A stretch of 64,000 nucleotides of DNA from positions 1 through 64,000 of IMG/VR virus record IMGVR_UViG_3300037504_000674, one strand, 5' to 3'. Numbering within the stretch: the first letter of the stretch is position 1; each line of letters begins with the position of its first letter. Under the pieces are notes generated by a model. The model did no database searches and was not told the origin of the DNA. It saw only the letters and a program-made list of their open reading frames with translations. This document shows positions 57,101 through 64,000 of the stretch, in pieces. This DNA is from a virus. The position numbers were made by a program, and so were the translations under genes.

Positions 57101-59096
57101 CGCAGTGCAGATAGAAAAATCAGCCTACGCCACATCATACTGCGCGGGGTCATTGAGCCACTGTTCGTGGAGCGGTACGGCCCACAACAGCACCAGCACC
57201 CGAACAGCCACAGAGGTCAATCTAGATGACCACGCCGAACTGCTTTCAGGTAACACAGAATTCACGACTCACATAGTTTTCCAGGTGCAATATGACTACG
57301 ACGCCAACTGGCCCGAGGCGACTTACAACTACATCTATGACGCATACGACTCAGGAAGCAGCAACAGGACCTTCTTCTATTACGACCCGACTGACGAGCG
57401 ATTCGAGGTAAGGCCTTCGAGTGGTACGACGTTTACTGGTAGTACACAATCCTTCTCAGCGGGTGACTGGATTGTAGCTACAATCACCTATGACTACACC
57501 AATGACGAATATAAACTTTATATCAACGGAGCAGAAGATGGCAGCAGCACATCGTCATTGTCCGCGCAGACTCTCAGTGAACTGAATGTTGGGGCACGCT
57601 TCAATGCAGCCGGGCAGGGCGGAATCGCTGTCTCGGAGTTTGCGATTTTTGACTCCGCCCTCACCGCCGAAGAGGTCGCGGCTCTATACCAGCGCAACGC
57701 GCCGCTTGAGGATACCGGGGCGATAGATAAACCGGGCATCTATCTATATGACGCTTGGCTTTTAGCAACATCAAGCGCTGGCAGCAGAGTTGCTATAGAC
57801 CCGTCAGACGGAATACAAGCATACAGCGAGGAGAGTGGTAATCCACAAACTGTTCAGATCGATGTTGATGGGGACGTATTTCTCGGTTCTGACATCAGTT
57901 CCGTAGCAACCACAACACTATCTATTTTCTCGAACGCTCAGACTTATGACGGGGAATCGATGGGTGCCGGCGACATCCTGATGGGCCCCAAGGGCACGGA
58001 CATGTTTAACATGCTGTGGGATGTGTCTACTGGGGACATGAAGCTCCGAAGGGATGAAACTGATTTCTTTGAGGTAAGCGGATCGGGTGGCACGCTTAAA
58101 TTTGGGAAAGATGTAAGTGGCGTTGACACAACAGCAATGGTGGTGTTCTCCGCATCAACTACATACAACTCTGAGGGCGTGCAGGGAAACGCGGTCCTGA
58201 TTGGTAGCAACAGTAGCGGATACCCAAACCTGCTTTTCAATGTCGATAAATTTATGATACGCGACGGCACAAATGATCGCTTCAAGGTTGACGCGGACAC
58301 AGGAGATGTCTGGATAGGTCAGGTTGCATCTGGAAAATACAACTTCTATTGGGATGACAGCGAGGGCACCGTTGAACTCCGCGAGAACACAACGCCATAC
58401 TTGATTGCAGACGGCGGTGATCAGCTGCTGGCATTCGGGGCAAATGTAAACTCAGTAAGCACTACGGCGATTGTTGTGTTCGGGGCAGACTCCACAACCT
58501 ATAATTCCAACTCATACGATTCCGGCGATTTATTGCTTGGGGATGACAGCAGCGGTCACGCTAATGTATTTTGGGACAAGTCAACTGGCGAGCTTAACTT
58601 CAGAGCCGGTAGCACATCACAACTCAGGATAAATACCTCTGGGGCAATCGAGGCCGCCAGCAGCAACCGGTTCCAAATCAGTGATGCCGGTATCAAATTA
58701 GCGCGCGGCGACTCCGCTTACAACAAAATAAGTTGGACTGACAACAGCTTCAGTACAGCATACGGGGAAATATACACAGAGCTCACTGGTACCACTAGCC
58801 AAATAGTGATTAGTGCAGACGCGCCATCCGGTAATCTTGGTGGGGTATTCTTGTACGCAGAGGACGGAGATGGGTCATCCGTACAGGCGACATTGACCGT
58901 TGCTGATGGGTTAATTGTTGGTGATAACATCGGTACAACTAGCGGAGATATTTATTGCAGCGGGACGGTTTCAACTGATGGAGGCACCACAACGTGGGAC
59001 CTGGGTGGGTACACATCCGCCAGCATCACGGCGGATGGTTATGTCACGGTAACTATCGGCGGGTCTACCTACCGACTGTTGGCGGACGCTGTTTGA
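54141..59096 (+). CDS. Large tail fibre/receptor-binding protein with CBM-like and LamG-like domains
   Basis: AG.GLTGGG, EEGTTN, QIEK..YATSY, KLYING...ALT.EEV..LY; C-terminal repeats. Confidence 0.8.
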   Translation: MPIRPQRANIKPFLEDMRPYYSGGRTTIRGDAVSSFVGLKDNAGQDVDPSTDQRIQITDDSKVNADKSGNTIALSVTDSQIDHNSLSNYDSNEHIDHTTITITAGSGLTGGGNISSSRTINIGSGDGITVSANSIALTTPGTITAATPNSSSGNHTHATATSNNGTANPSTIAAFNASGQITAEDFFVPDGGAVGISGNELLTFNTAGNATFSGVTSVVVPDGAWVGAGADCSWVFDATNGDVTTQDKVGVGVVSPQASLHVIELGTAGTPSISSATAAVFQRSASATNANYVSIISGNAQIAGLNFGDADSETAGQIEYLHQEIPIAMRFNVEGNEIMRLIASGDVVIGDTTADRRFHVVDATTYQERVEYDGTHYTDLGTDSNGYYNMSPSGQQVRMDGDLMFVGAQAISTTTDGLTLSPADGISLDPSSGDVTATTAISADNFVSQTTGWQVAYNGNADFRNIYADELHVQAFIADVYSALAGGLIITQSRAEVTRDFTIPDTGNTSTLYVADHEGIPDTAVFSAGDYIRLRVIDRSGGGLVVSDVYGTVSGYSDLSGGEQSWTFTTTTTGYNSSDVIYTGSVALDYGQTGSGSQGVWEATVLDSAGSPYSQIKSWDTITDGEPDNFTAHVRLGNLDGLAGVGLEYGLFAGDGITDTDSYALITDTQAELHNIDLNVYNSGSTVFKIDASTPYYSLGTSAPTDFDTGVGVWAGLHSGSYKWRAGDPSGIRMQWDGTDLGIYDDSGTVRFQVNSSGAWLSNLALSETLSDSLFTSGSGLLLLGPYCEITTTSWASLRGQSATISGAFHQSAGRWPGTRALVVEEGTTNYCTNPRMYDGNSDNRADSFGRNSNLSGAPTESIISHPISERGWAQRIQYTGVAGDSNQVWFYRFGTASGEFSAGDDVTISFDYWGSADNGLDFFIQAFDASNNVIASVSLPDLVPTESVQRASLTYESLPANTDYVRFRFDAVDSCSTGDEFDVRFGAVQIEKSAYATSYCAGSLSHCSWSGTAHNSTSTRTATEVNLDDHAELLSGNTEFTTHIVFQVQYDYDANWPEATYNYIYDAYDSGSSNRTFFYYDPTDERFEVRPSSGTTFTGSTQSFSAGDWIVATITYDYTNDEYKLYINGAEDGSSTSSLSAQTLSELNVGARFNAAGQGGIAVSEFAIFDSALTAEEVAALYQRNAPLEDTGAIDKPGIYLYDAWLLATSSAGSRVAIDPSDGIQAYSEESGNPQTVQIDVDGDVFLGSDISSVATTTLSIFSNAQTYDGESMGAGDILMGPKGTDMFNMLWDVSTGDMKLRRDETDFFEVSGSGGTLKFGKDVSGVDTTAMVVFSASTTYNSEGVQGNAVLIGSNSSGYPNLLFNVDKFMIRDGTNDRFKVDADTGDVWIGQVASGKYNFYWDDSEGTVELRENTTPYLIADGGDQLLAFGANVNSVSTTAIVVFGADSTTYNSNSYDSGDLLLGDDSSGHANVFWDKSTGELNFRAGSTSQLRINTSGAIEAASSNRFQISDAGIKLARGDSAYNKISWTDNSFSTAYGEIYTELTGTTSQIVISADAPSGNLGGVFLYAEDGDGSSVQATLTVADGLIVGDNIGTTSGDIYCSGTVSTDGGTTTWDLGGYTSASITADGYVTVTIGGSTYRLLADAV

Positions 59097-59120
59097 CAAA
59101 GACGGCGACTGTGGTAAAAT
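59093..59120 (+). promoter_or_regulatory. Sigma70 consensus promoter
   Basis: TTGACA-N16-TAAAAT with extended TG. Confidence 0.75.
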
Positions 59121-59151
59121 AGATGGTGTCAACTATACTAGGAGGTCGCCG

Positions 59152-59331
59152 ATGGAAGGACCAGACAAACATTTTCTGCCGACGCCGACACCAATGATAT
59201 CAGTGATACCAGCCCCGGCGCCGCCGAACGAGACCAGTACTCACCAGCTCGAGGGCTCTGGTAGCGCGGCTGGCTTATTGCTAATCTTAGTCATCTTTGC
59301 CGGGTTGGTGGCTGTAATCACAAAAAATTAG
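59152..59331 (+). CDS. Pro/Thr-rich peptide with C-terminal TM helix (59 aa)
   Basis: Hand-translated; AGGAGG RBS. Confidence 0.6.
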   Translation: MEGPDKHFLPTPTPMISVIPAPAPPNETSTHQLEGSGSAAGLLLILVIFAGLVAVITKN

Positions 59332-59339
59332 GAGGAGTA

Positions 59340-59675
59340 ATGCAAGAAATCGAATTCACGATTTGGCAGCGTCTTTCGCTCTTGCAGGTACTAGGGGGGT
59401 TGCGAGGAGACCTTAGTGTCATGCGGCGCGGGGTGAAAGTGATGGATAAAGTAGACCTCTCGCAAGATGAGCGCGAGTCTGCCGGTGTGAGGCCTGAAGG
59501 AAATTCGTTGAAATGGGAAAACCAGGCAACAAAAACCATTGAGCTAACCGAGCCGGAGTTCTCGCTTGTCAAGCGCGTCGTGAGAGACTATCAGGGTTGG
59601 ACGCTGGCAGGGGCAGATGAATTATTCGACCTAGCGGAGAAACTTGACATCGAAATATCTGATAAAGACGGCTAA
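59340..59675 (+). CDS. Hypothetical protein
   Basis: AGGAGG RBS. Confidence 0.6.
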   Translation: MQEIEFTIWQRLSLLQVLGGLRGDLSVMRRGVKVMDKVDLSQDERESAGVRPEGNSLKWENQATKTIELTEPEFSLVKRVVRDYQGWTLAGADELFDLAEKLDIEISDKDG

Positions 59676-59682
59676 CAGACTA

Positions 59683-59725
59683 GAAAACAAAAAAGGGCTC
59701 CGATTAGGAGCCCTTGATTGTTTTG
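59683..59725. terminator. Bidirectional terminator between convergent operons
   Basis: AAGGGCTCC-GATTA-GGAGCCCTT with A/T flanks. Confidence 0.7.
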
Positions 59726-60762
59726 CTAAACAATATATGTTCGTAGGTTTCGTCTTTGATTGACATCATCCTGTCGGATATCGACACAGATAGATCGCCG
59801 CTCACGCGCATCATAATTTTTCCAAGGCGATCCGCGCTGACAAATATCTCGCCCTCGCCAGTGTAGTTGGAAACTGGCATATCCACGTGGTATGCAATTG
59901 GCACATCGGCATGATGATCGTAACCGACACCCTCTCCGGCGCTCAGCCAGAGCACACCACCCTCAAGCCTCAGTCTGGCGACATCACTCTGAGAGAATTT
60001 TCTCGCTGCTTCACAGTGTCTACGTAGCACGCTTCTGGGAACTTCAAGCGAGCAAATGGACTCAAACTTACTTAGCAGCGACTCAAACTCAGGGATGTTA
60101 CCATCGCGCATCGTAGCGCAGAACCTATTTTGGCTAGACGCCATCATAACCGTGCTACCCGAATCCGATATGTAAAAGTCATACTCGCCATCCGGCAGTA
60201 CTGCGCCGGCGACGCCGATTGACCTCGTTGGCACAATCAGCCCATCATATCCAAAATTGCAACGCGACAACATCACCCCGTCAGCGCAGTACGCCATGCC
60301 ATCTGTGGTCATAACGGAGCCCAAGGCGTCAATATATGAATCCTCATCAGCCGAAATGAACAAATTCTTCAAAGCGGCGATCTGCGCGTGCGTGATAGCA
60401 CCCAACTGATTACCCTCTCCAATCCATAGGTCAGGCATCATTGTATCGCTCATCATTCTGTGAGCAGATAGCGCCTCACCTTCTATCTCTAGCGCAGACT
60501 CACGCACCCTCAGATCAAAATACTCTGACGCATCATGTTCTAGGGCTGATAGAGTTGCATACTCTACCACAATGTCATCGCTCAATTCCTCACTAGCCTC
60601 AATGTGTGTATATAGCGACATGCCATCGACTACGCTGGCGGCGTACATGTCCAAGCCGCCAGATAATCGTATGCACTTCTCGTTGCTTCTGTTTGTTCTG
60701 GTTGGGATAATACGACGCATGTTGCTGATAGCATTGACAAATTCACTTGCTCTGACCCTCAT
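59704..60762 (-). CDS. Divergent full-length beta sliding clamp
   Basis: About 350 aa three-domain pattern; ADG..L, G..PEF..L. Confidence 0.65.
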   Translation of the reverse strand: MRVRASEFVNAISNMRRIIPTRTNRSNEKCIRLSGGLDMYAASVVDGMSLYTHIEASEELSDDIVVEYATLSALEHDASEYFDLRVRESALEIEGEALSAHRMMSDTMMPDLWIGEGNQLGAITHAQIAALKNLFISADEDSYIDALGSVMTTDGMAYCADGVMLSRCNFGYDGLIVPTRSIGVAGAVLPDGEYDFYISDSGSTVMMASSQNRFCATMRDGNIPEFESLLSKFESICSLEVPRSVLRRHCEAARKFSQSDVARLRLEGGVLWLSAGEGVGYDHHADVPIAYHVDMPVSNYTGEGEIFVSADRLGKIMMRVSGDLSVSISDRMMSIKDETYEHILFSKTIKGS

Positions 60763-60785
60763 CTGTGAACCCCTTTCAATCTTAT

Positions 60786-60813
60786 TTGACAAATTGCGCT
60801 TTTGTGGTAGAAT
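60786..60813 (+). promoter_or_regulatory. Sigma70 consensus promoter; leaderless transcript
   Basis: TTGACA-N16-TAGAAT; ATG at 60820. Confidence 0.75.
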
Positions 60814-60819
60814 AAGTCC

Positions 60820-61599
60820 ATGATTGGACTAACTAAGTTCTCAAAATACAGTGACGACGATATAGCAACTGCTCAGCGCGTTGGCGCCCAGGCGATCAGC
60901 TCGCTACTAGGGCAGGATACGATGCCGGGTATGAAGCTGTACCACAACGTAATCGCCGAGCAGCTAGACGCACCAACCAAGTATTTGAAGAGCGTGCTTG
61001 GTAAAATAGCGACCGCCAGACAGGTGGGTGTATCACACTTCGATTTACATTATTACCCTAACTCTCGTGGCTCGGGATATGGATGGGCATGGAACAATGG
61101 TGAGCAGTTTTGCTCGTGGTGGTTACCAGTGTACTACGGTATTAAAGAGGAATTCCCCGATCTGCACATTGGGTATCCGAAACTAGAGATGGGGACCGGT
61201 ATAGGAGATTATCGCTGTAGCTCTAGGCAGTTTATGGCGGATAGCTGGCCTGCTATTGAGGCCGCTGACTTCTTGAGCGCGCTCACAACCTGGGATGACA
61301 ACGGAGATGACGGTGTGTCGCGCTCGATATGGTACATGTATTATCTATCTGAGAAAATCAATAAAGACCTAACGGTAACTTTTTATAATAGCAACAACAA
61401 CGTTGCCAAGCGAAGAAAGGCTGAGCAGTACATTACGTTCTACGAGGAAATGCGAAATCTTGACAACGTTATTGCTGCGTTTTGCCACACACTAAGTAGC
61501 CCGGAGGATAGCGAGGTGTGGGCTACTTGGAGGAGTGACTCTGGTGAATCCCCGATTCCATCTCTCGTTGCTCGATATATTCGAGGACTTGATTCTTGA
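60820..61599 (+). CDS. GH-A-like domain protein lacking the catalytic glutamates
   Basis: HFDLHYYPN in place of FExxNEPN; TVTF in place of ITE. Confidence 0.5.
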   Translation: MIGLTKFSKYSDDDIATAQRVGAQAISSLLGQDTMPGMKLYHNVIAEQLDAPTKYLKSVLGKIATARQVGVSHFDLHYYPNSRGSGYGWAWNNGEQFCSWWLPVYYGIKEEFPDLHIGYPKLEMGTGIGDYRCSSRQFMADSWPAIEAADFLSALTTWDDNGDDGVSRSIWYMYYLSEKINKDLTVTFYNSNNNVAKRRKAEQYITFYEEMRNLDNVIAAFCHTLSSPEDSEVWATWRSDSGESPIPSLVARYIRGLDS

Positions 61600-62560
61600 G
61601 TCTCAGCTTCAGACGCATCAAGTCATCCATGACTGCATATGGAATTTCCTCTAGCGTCAAAACGCTTCCGTCAACTCTCTGCAAAACAATGCGATACTCT
61701 GTTGACAAGATTGTGTTATTTTCGCCAAGCTGATTGTGTTTGACGTAAACCCATCCATCCCTGAATTCGTACTCAACCTCGACGAGAGTTTTTTCCTCGA
61801 TGTACTTAATGGCATCAGTCTTTGATAGCCCGTCCTTGTGTAGCTCTCTCCCCTCGCGGATGAGATCGCGCGCGATCTTAGCAGCGGCTCTAATGCGCTC
61901 ATCTGTTTCTTCTGGCAACTTACCATCGTGACCGAGCTGCTGAATCACGTAGTCATTGGTTCCGACAATTTCTGGGCTGGCGCCGTGCTTTCTTTCAAAG
62001 TGCGTCTCGAATATCGCGTCAAACACGGAGCTACCCATTGTGCGGAACTCAACGACGTCCTTCACGATCTTGCGAAACTCTCTCTCCGGGATATCGTCGG
62101 TATCATTGGCTATCATGTACAGCTCAATCTCTCGCTTGATTTGAGAGTGGCGGGCCCAGAATGTGTTGCGGTTGAGTATGTTTGCCATTGACCTAATGAA
62201 CTGAGCTTTAGATGTCCACGTTCTGCGCTGCATATATCGAACACGACCGGTGTCTGACGCAATAGCTGGTGGGACATCGCGCTGGTCATCCCACTCGTCA
62301 CCAGTGATCGTATCCACGAACTTGCCGGTGGTCGCAGACTGCCACAGAGACCGCCATAGAATCCATGACATATACAGCGTTGCCGCGTAGTCAGATATAT
62401 TCTGAACGCGCGCTGCCAGCAATAACTTCTCGAAGATGTCCTCGAAGTTTTCACCGCTTAGTGGCGGCTGCAGGAGAGCGCGTAAACCCTGGAACACGCT
62501 CTCCTTGTCAGTCGTCGCTACGATATTCAGATCATCAGGTAACACTATCTTGTCAGCCAA
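61523..62560 (-). CDS. Hypothetical protein in the replication module
   Basis: 345-aa ORF overlapping the upstream gene. Confidence 0.65.
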   Translation of the reverse strand: MADKIVLPDDLNIVATTDKESVFQGLRALLQPPLSGENFEDIFEKLLLAARVQNISDYAATLYMSWILWRSLWQSATTGKFVDTITGDEWDDQRDVPPAIASDTGRVRYMQRRTWTSKAQFIRSMANILNRNTFWARHSQIKREIELYMIANDTDDIPEREFRKIVKDVVEFRTMGSSVFDAIFETHFERKHGASPEIVGTNDYVIQQLGHDGKLPEETDERIRAAAKIARDLIREGRELHKDGLSKTDAIKYIEEKTLVEVEYEFRDGWVYVKHNQLGENNTILSTEYRIVLQRVDGSVLTLEEIPYAVMDDLMRLKLRLKNQVLEYIEQREMESGIHQSHSSK

Positions 62561-63404
62561 CAGCTCTCACCATTTCCTTGACTGTTTTTTCATCAACGCC
62601 GTTCACGAGCTGGTTAAGCGCCTGCCAGAATACCAGGGTGTCCGATATGGTCATCTCTGACATCTTTTTTCCAAACAGCTCTTCCGTGTAAGAGAATTTC
62701 TTGCCCGCTTTACTCAGCAGCTTGCTAAGACTACCCCTAAATCTTGACGTGGCATCCTCCCCCAGAACGGAGCTAATCTCAGATATCGACAAGTATCCAT
62801 CGGCATCTCGGAGAGCCATAAGCTGAGCGGTTAGGGCCAAGCTGTCATCGGCACGGTCAACAAACTGATCTGGGCTAAACGGTAATTGCGCAGCTTCCAA
62901 TATCCCAAACTCGGCTTCCGCTTCTTTATCCACATAATCCTTCGATGTATGGGACCTTAGTCCCTTGTACACGGATAACTGCCAACCAAGCTGACTGGCG
63001 GCCTGGTTAAGGAAGTTTGTAATGGCCCCCTTCATCGCGTAGCCGCGCCCGTTAGGGTTCTCGTGGAACCCATTTGCCTGCACGGTGATAGTTTTCTCTT
63101 CACCGTCTATAATCAGCTTATACCAAAATTCCCCACTATGAATCTCTGCCGTATGAAACAGAGTTCCTTTATGATTTTTGTACTGCCCGACCTTGAATTC
63201 AGACGGATCGTAACTAAACCCCCACCCGTAACCGCACAGGCCGAAATACTTATTGAAGAACTCGTTGCGGTAAGCCGGGCTAATGTCAGTTAGGTATTGA
63301 GCATTCCGCACGGCCTTATAAGCATCTTCGTGCAATGGCGCGTCCAACTTTTCTACTACCTCTTCCAATGTATATCCGCTCAGTGTCTCCGCTTCGATTA
63401 TCAC
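62553..63404 (-). CDS. Rad52/Sak-like single-strand annealing protein
   Basis: LTDI...Y..E..N..FG..G.GW; AMKGAITN....AA..LG....VY. Confidence 0.75.
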   Translation of the reverse strand: MIIEAETLSGYTLEEVVEKLDAPLHEDAYKAVRNAQYLTDISPAYRNEFFNKYFGLCGYGWGFSYDPSEFKVGQYKNHKGTLFHTAEIHSGEFWYKLIIDGEEKTITVQANGFHENPNGRGYAMKGAITNFLNQAASQLGWQLSVYKGLRSHTSKDYVDKEAEAEFGILEAAQLPFSPDQFVDRADDSLALTAQLMALRDADGYLSISEISSVLGEDATSRFRGSLSKLLSKAGKKFSYTEELFGKKMSEMTISDTLVFWQALNQLVNGVDEKTVKEMVRAVG

Positions 63405-63436
63405 ACTTTCCTCCTAATGATCAATAGCTTATATAT

Positions 63437-63464
63437 ATACTACCACAATACCTATGATTGTCAA
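63437..63464 (-). promoter_or_regulatory. Sigma70 consensus promoter
   Basis: TTGACA-N16-TAGTAT with extended TG. Confidence 0.7.
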
Positions 63465-64000
63465 GTCGCCAACTCCTCCTCTCTGGCTGCCAGCCTGAGA
63501 TAGGCTGGGTGAAAGAATAACGGCCACATCGCCCTGCCAGACGCCCCCTTCTGCTTGACCATATGAAGCAGGAACAGCGACTCGCTTAACAGCAGGTGCC
63601 TATCATCCATACCGTTACTACCGGGTATTTCGACATAACCGCCGCGCACAACCCTCAGGCCATTCCTACCCTCAACAATACGCCCATGATCTACACCCCC
63701 CAGCTCTGAGCGCCAGGGCCGCCAACAGGCAAAGACCTTGTTTGCGTCCTGCTCAATAGCACTGGAATGCTGACAGTGCCCCATCTCCGCCAGCTTGATG
63801 TCCAGTTGCTCAACAGCCCGTGACGCCTGCACGGCCGCGTGAACGCTTGTCCCCACCCTCACAGCCAACTCTTTCATGCGATGGATGGCTTCGGTAACCT
63901 CCTCTACCCGGTTAGATGATCCGGGGACAGGGATGCGCTGGGCGTAATCTACCATGACCATCGCCACCTTGTTAACAGAGTCATACTCTTGTTGCAAGCA
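63461..64000 (-). CDS. dnaB: DnaB-like replicative helicase, C-terminal part (runs off the window)
   Basis: VDYAQ, KELA, Q.SR, S.AIEQDA. Confidence 0.85.
   Translation of the reverse strand, partial: CLQQEYDSVNKVAMVMVDYAQRIPVPGSSNRVEEVTEAIHRMKELAVRVGTSVHAAVQASRAVEQLDIKLAEMGHCQHSSAIEQDANKVFACWRPWRSELGGVDHGRIVEGRNGLRVVRGGYVEIPGSNGMDDRHLLLSESLFLLHMVKQKGASGRAMWPLFFHPAYLRLAAREEELAT

Noticed and set aside
54141-59096. Diversity-generating retroelement target
   Set aside because: No reverse transcriptase and no adenine-variant repeat pair were seen in the window.
1-64000. tRNA genes, integrase/repressor module, alternative genetic code
   Set aside because: No cloverleaf or recombinase motifs were recognised by eye, and genes read through normally in the standard code. 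Lifestyle cannot be settled from a partial genome.

Overview
A 64 kb segment of a tailed dsDNA bacteriophage with siphovirus-type morphogenesis genes. The host is probably a filamentous anaerobic Chloroflexota (Anaerolineae-like) bacterium; this is inferred from CBM/GH-A/M23 protein architectures, leaderless genes and O2-independent NrdJ plus ThyX. Layout: leftward early genes including an Ocr-like protein (1-1.8 kb); a non-coding control region with tandem promoters carrying Pho-box-like and CRP-box-like sites (1.8-3.2 kb); rightward early/middle genes with a mini beta-clamp, a repeated-domain family, two adenine MTases, an exonuclease, ThyX and a Nudix (3.4-16 kb); a leftward operon with HNH, phosphoesterase, resolvase, RecA, a 1102-aa multi-domain wall hydrolase, an FtsK/TraB-like translocase flanked by membrane proteins, and class II RNR (16-29.2 kb); a late module with terminase, holin, portal, protease/scaffold, capsid, four glycosyltransferases, tail and fibre (29.3-59.7 kb); and leftward replication genes (clamp, Rad52-like annealase, DnaB; 59.7-64 kb). 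The best candidates for undescribed biology are a phage-borne FtsK/membrane/wall-hydrolase module that may move DNA between cells of a filament, early promoters gated by host regulators, a four-copy late promoter motif TTAAGGTTG-N20-TANNNT, and virion glycosylation. I saw no integrase, CRISPR array, tRNA or reverse transcriptase. All protein calls are by-eye motif recognition, not database hits.
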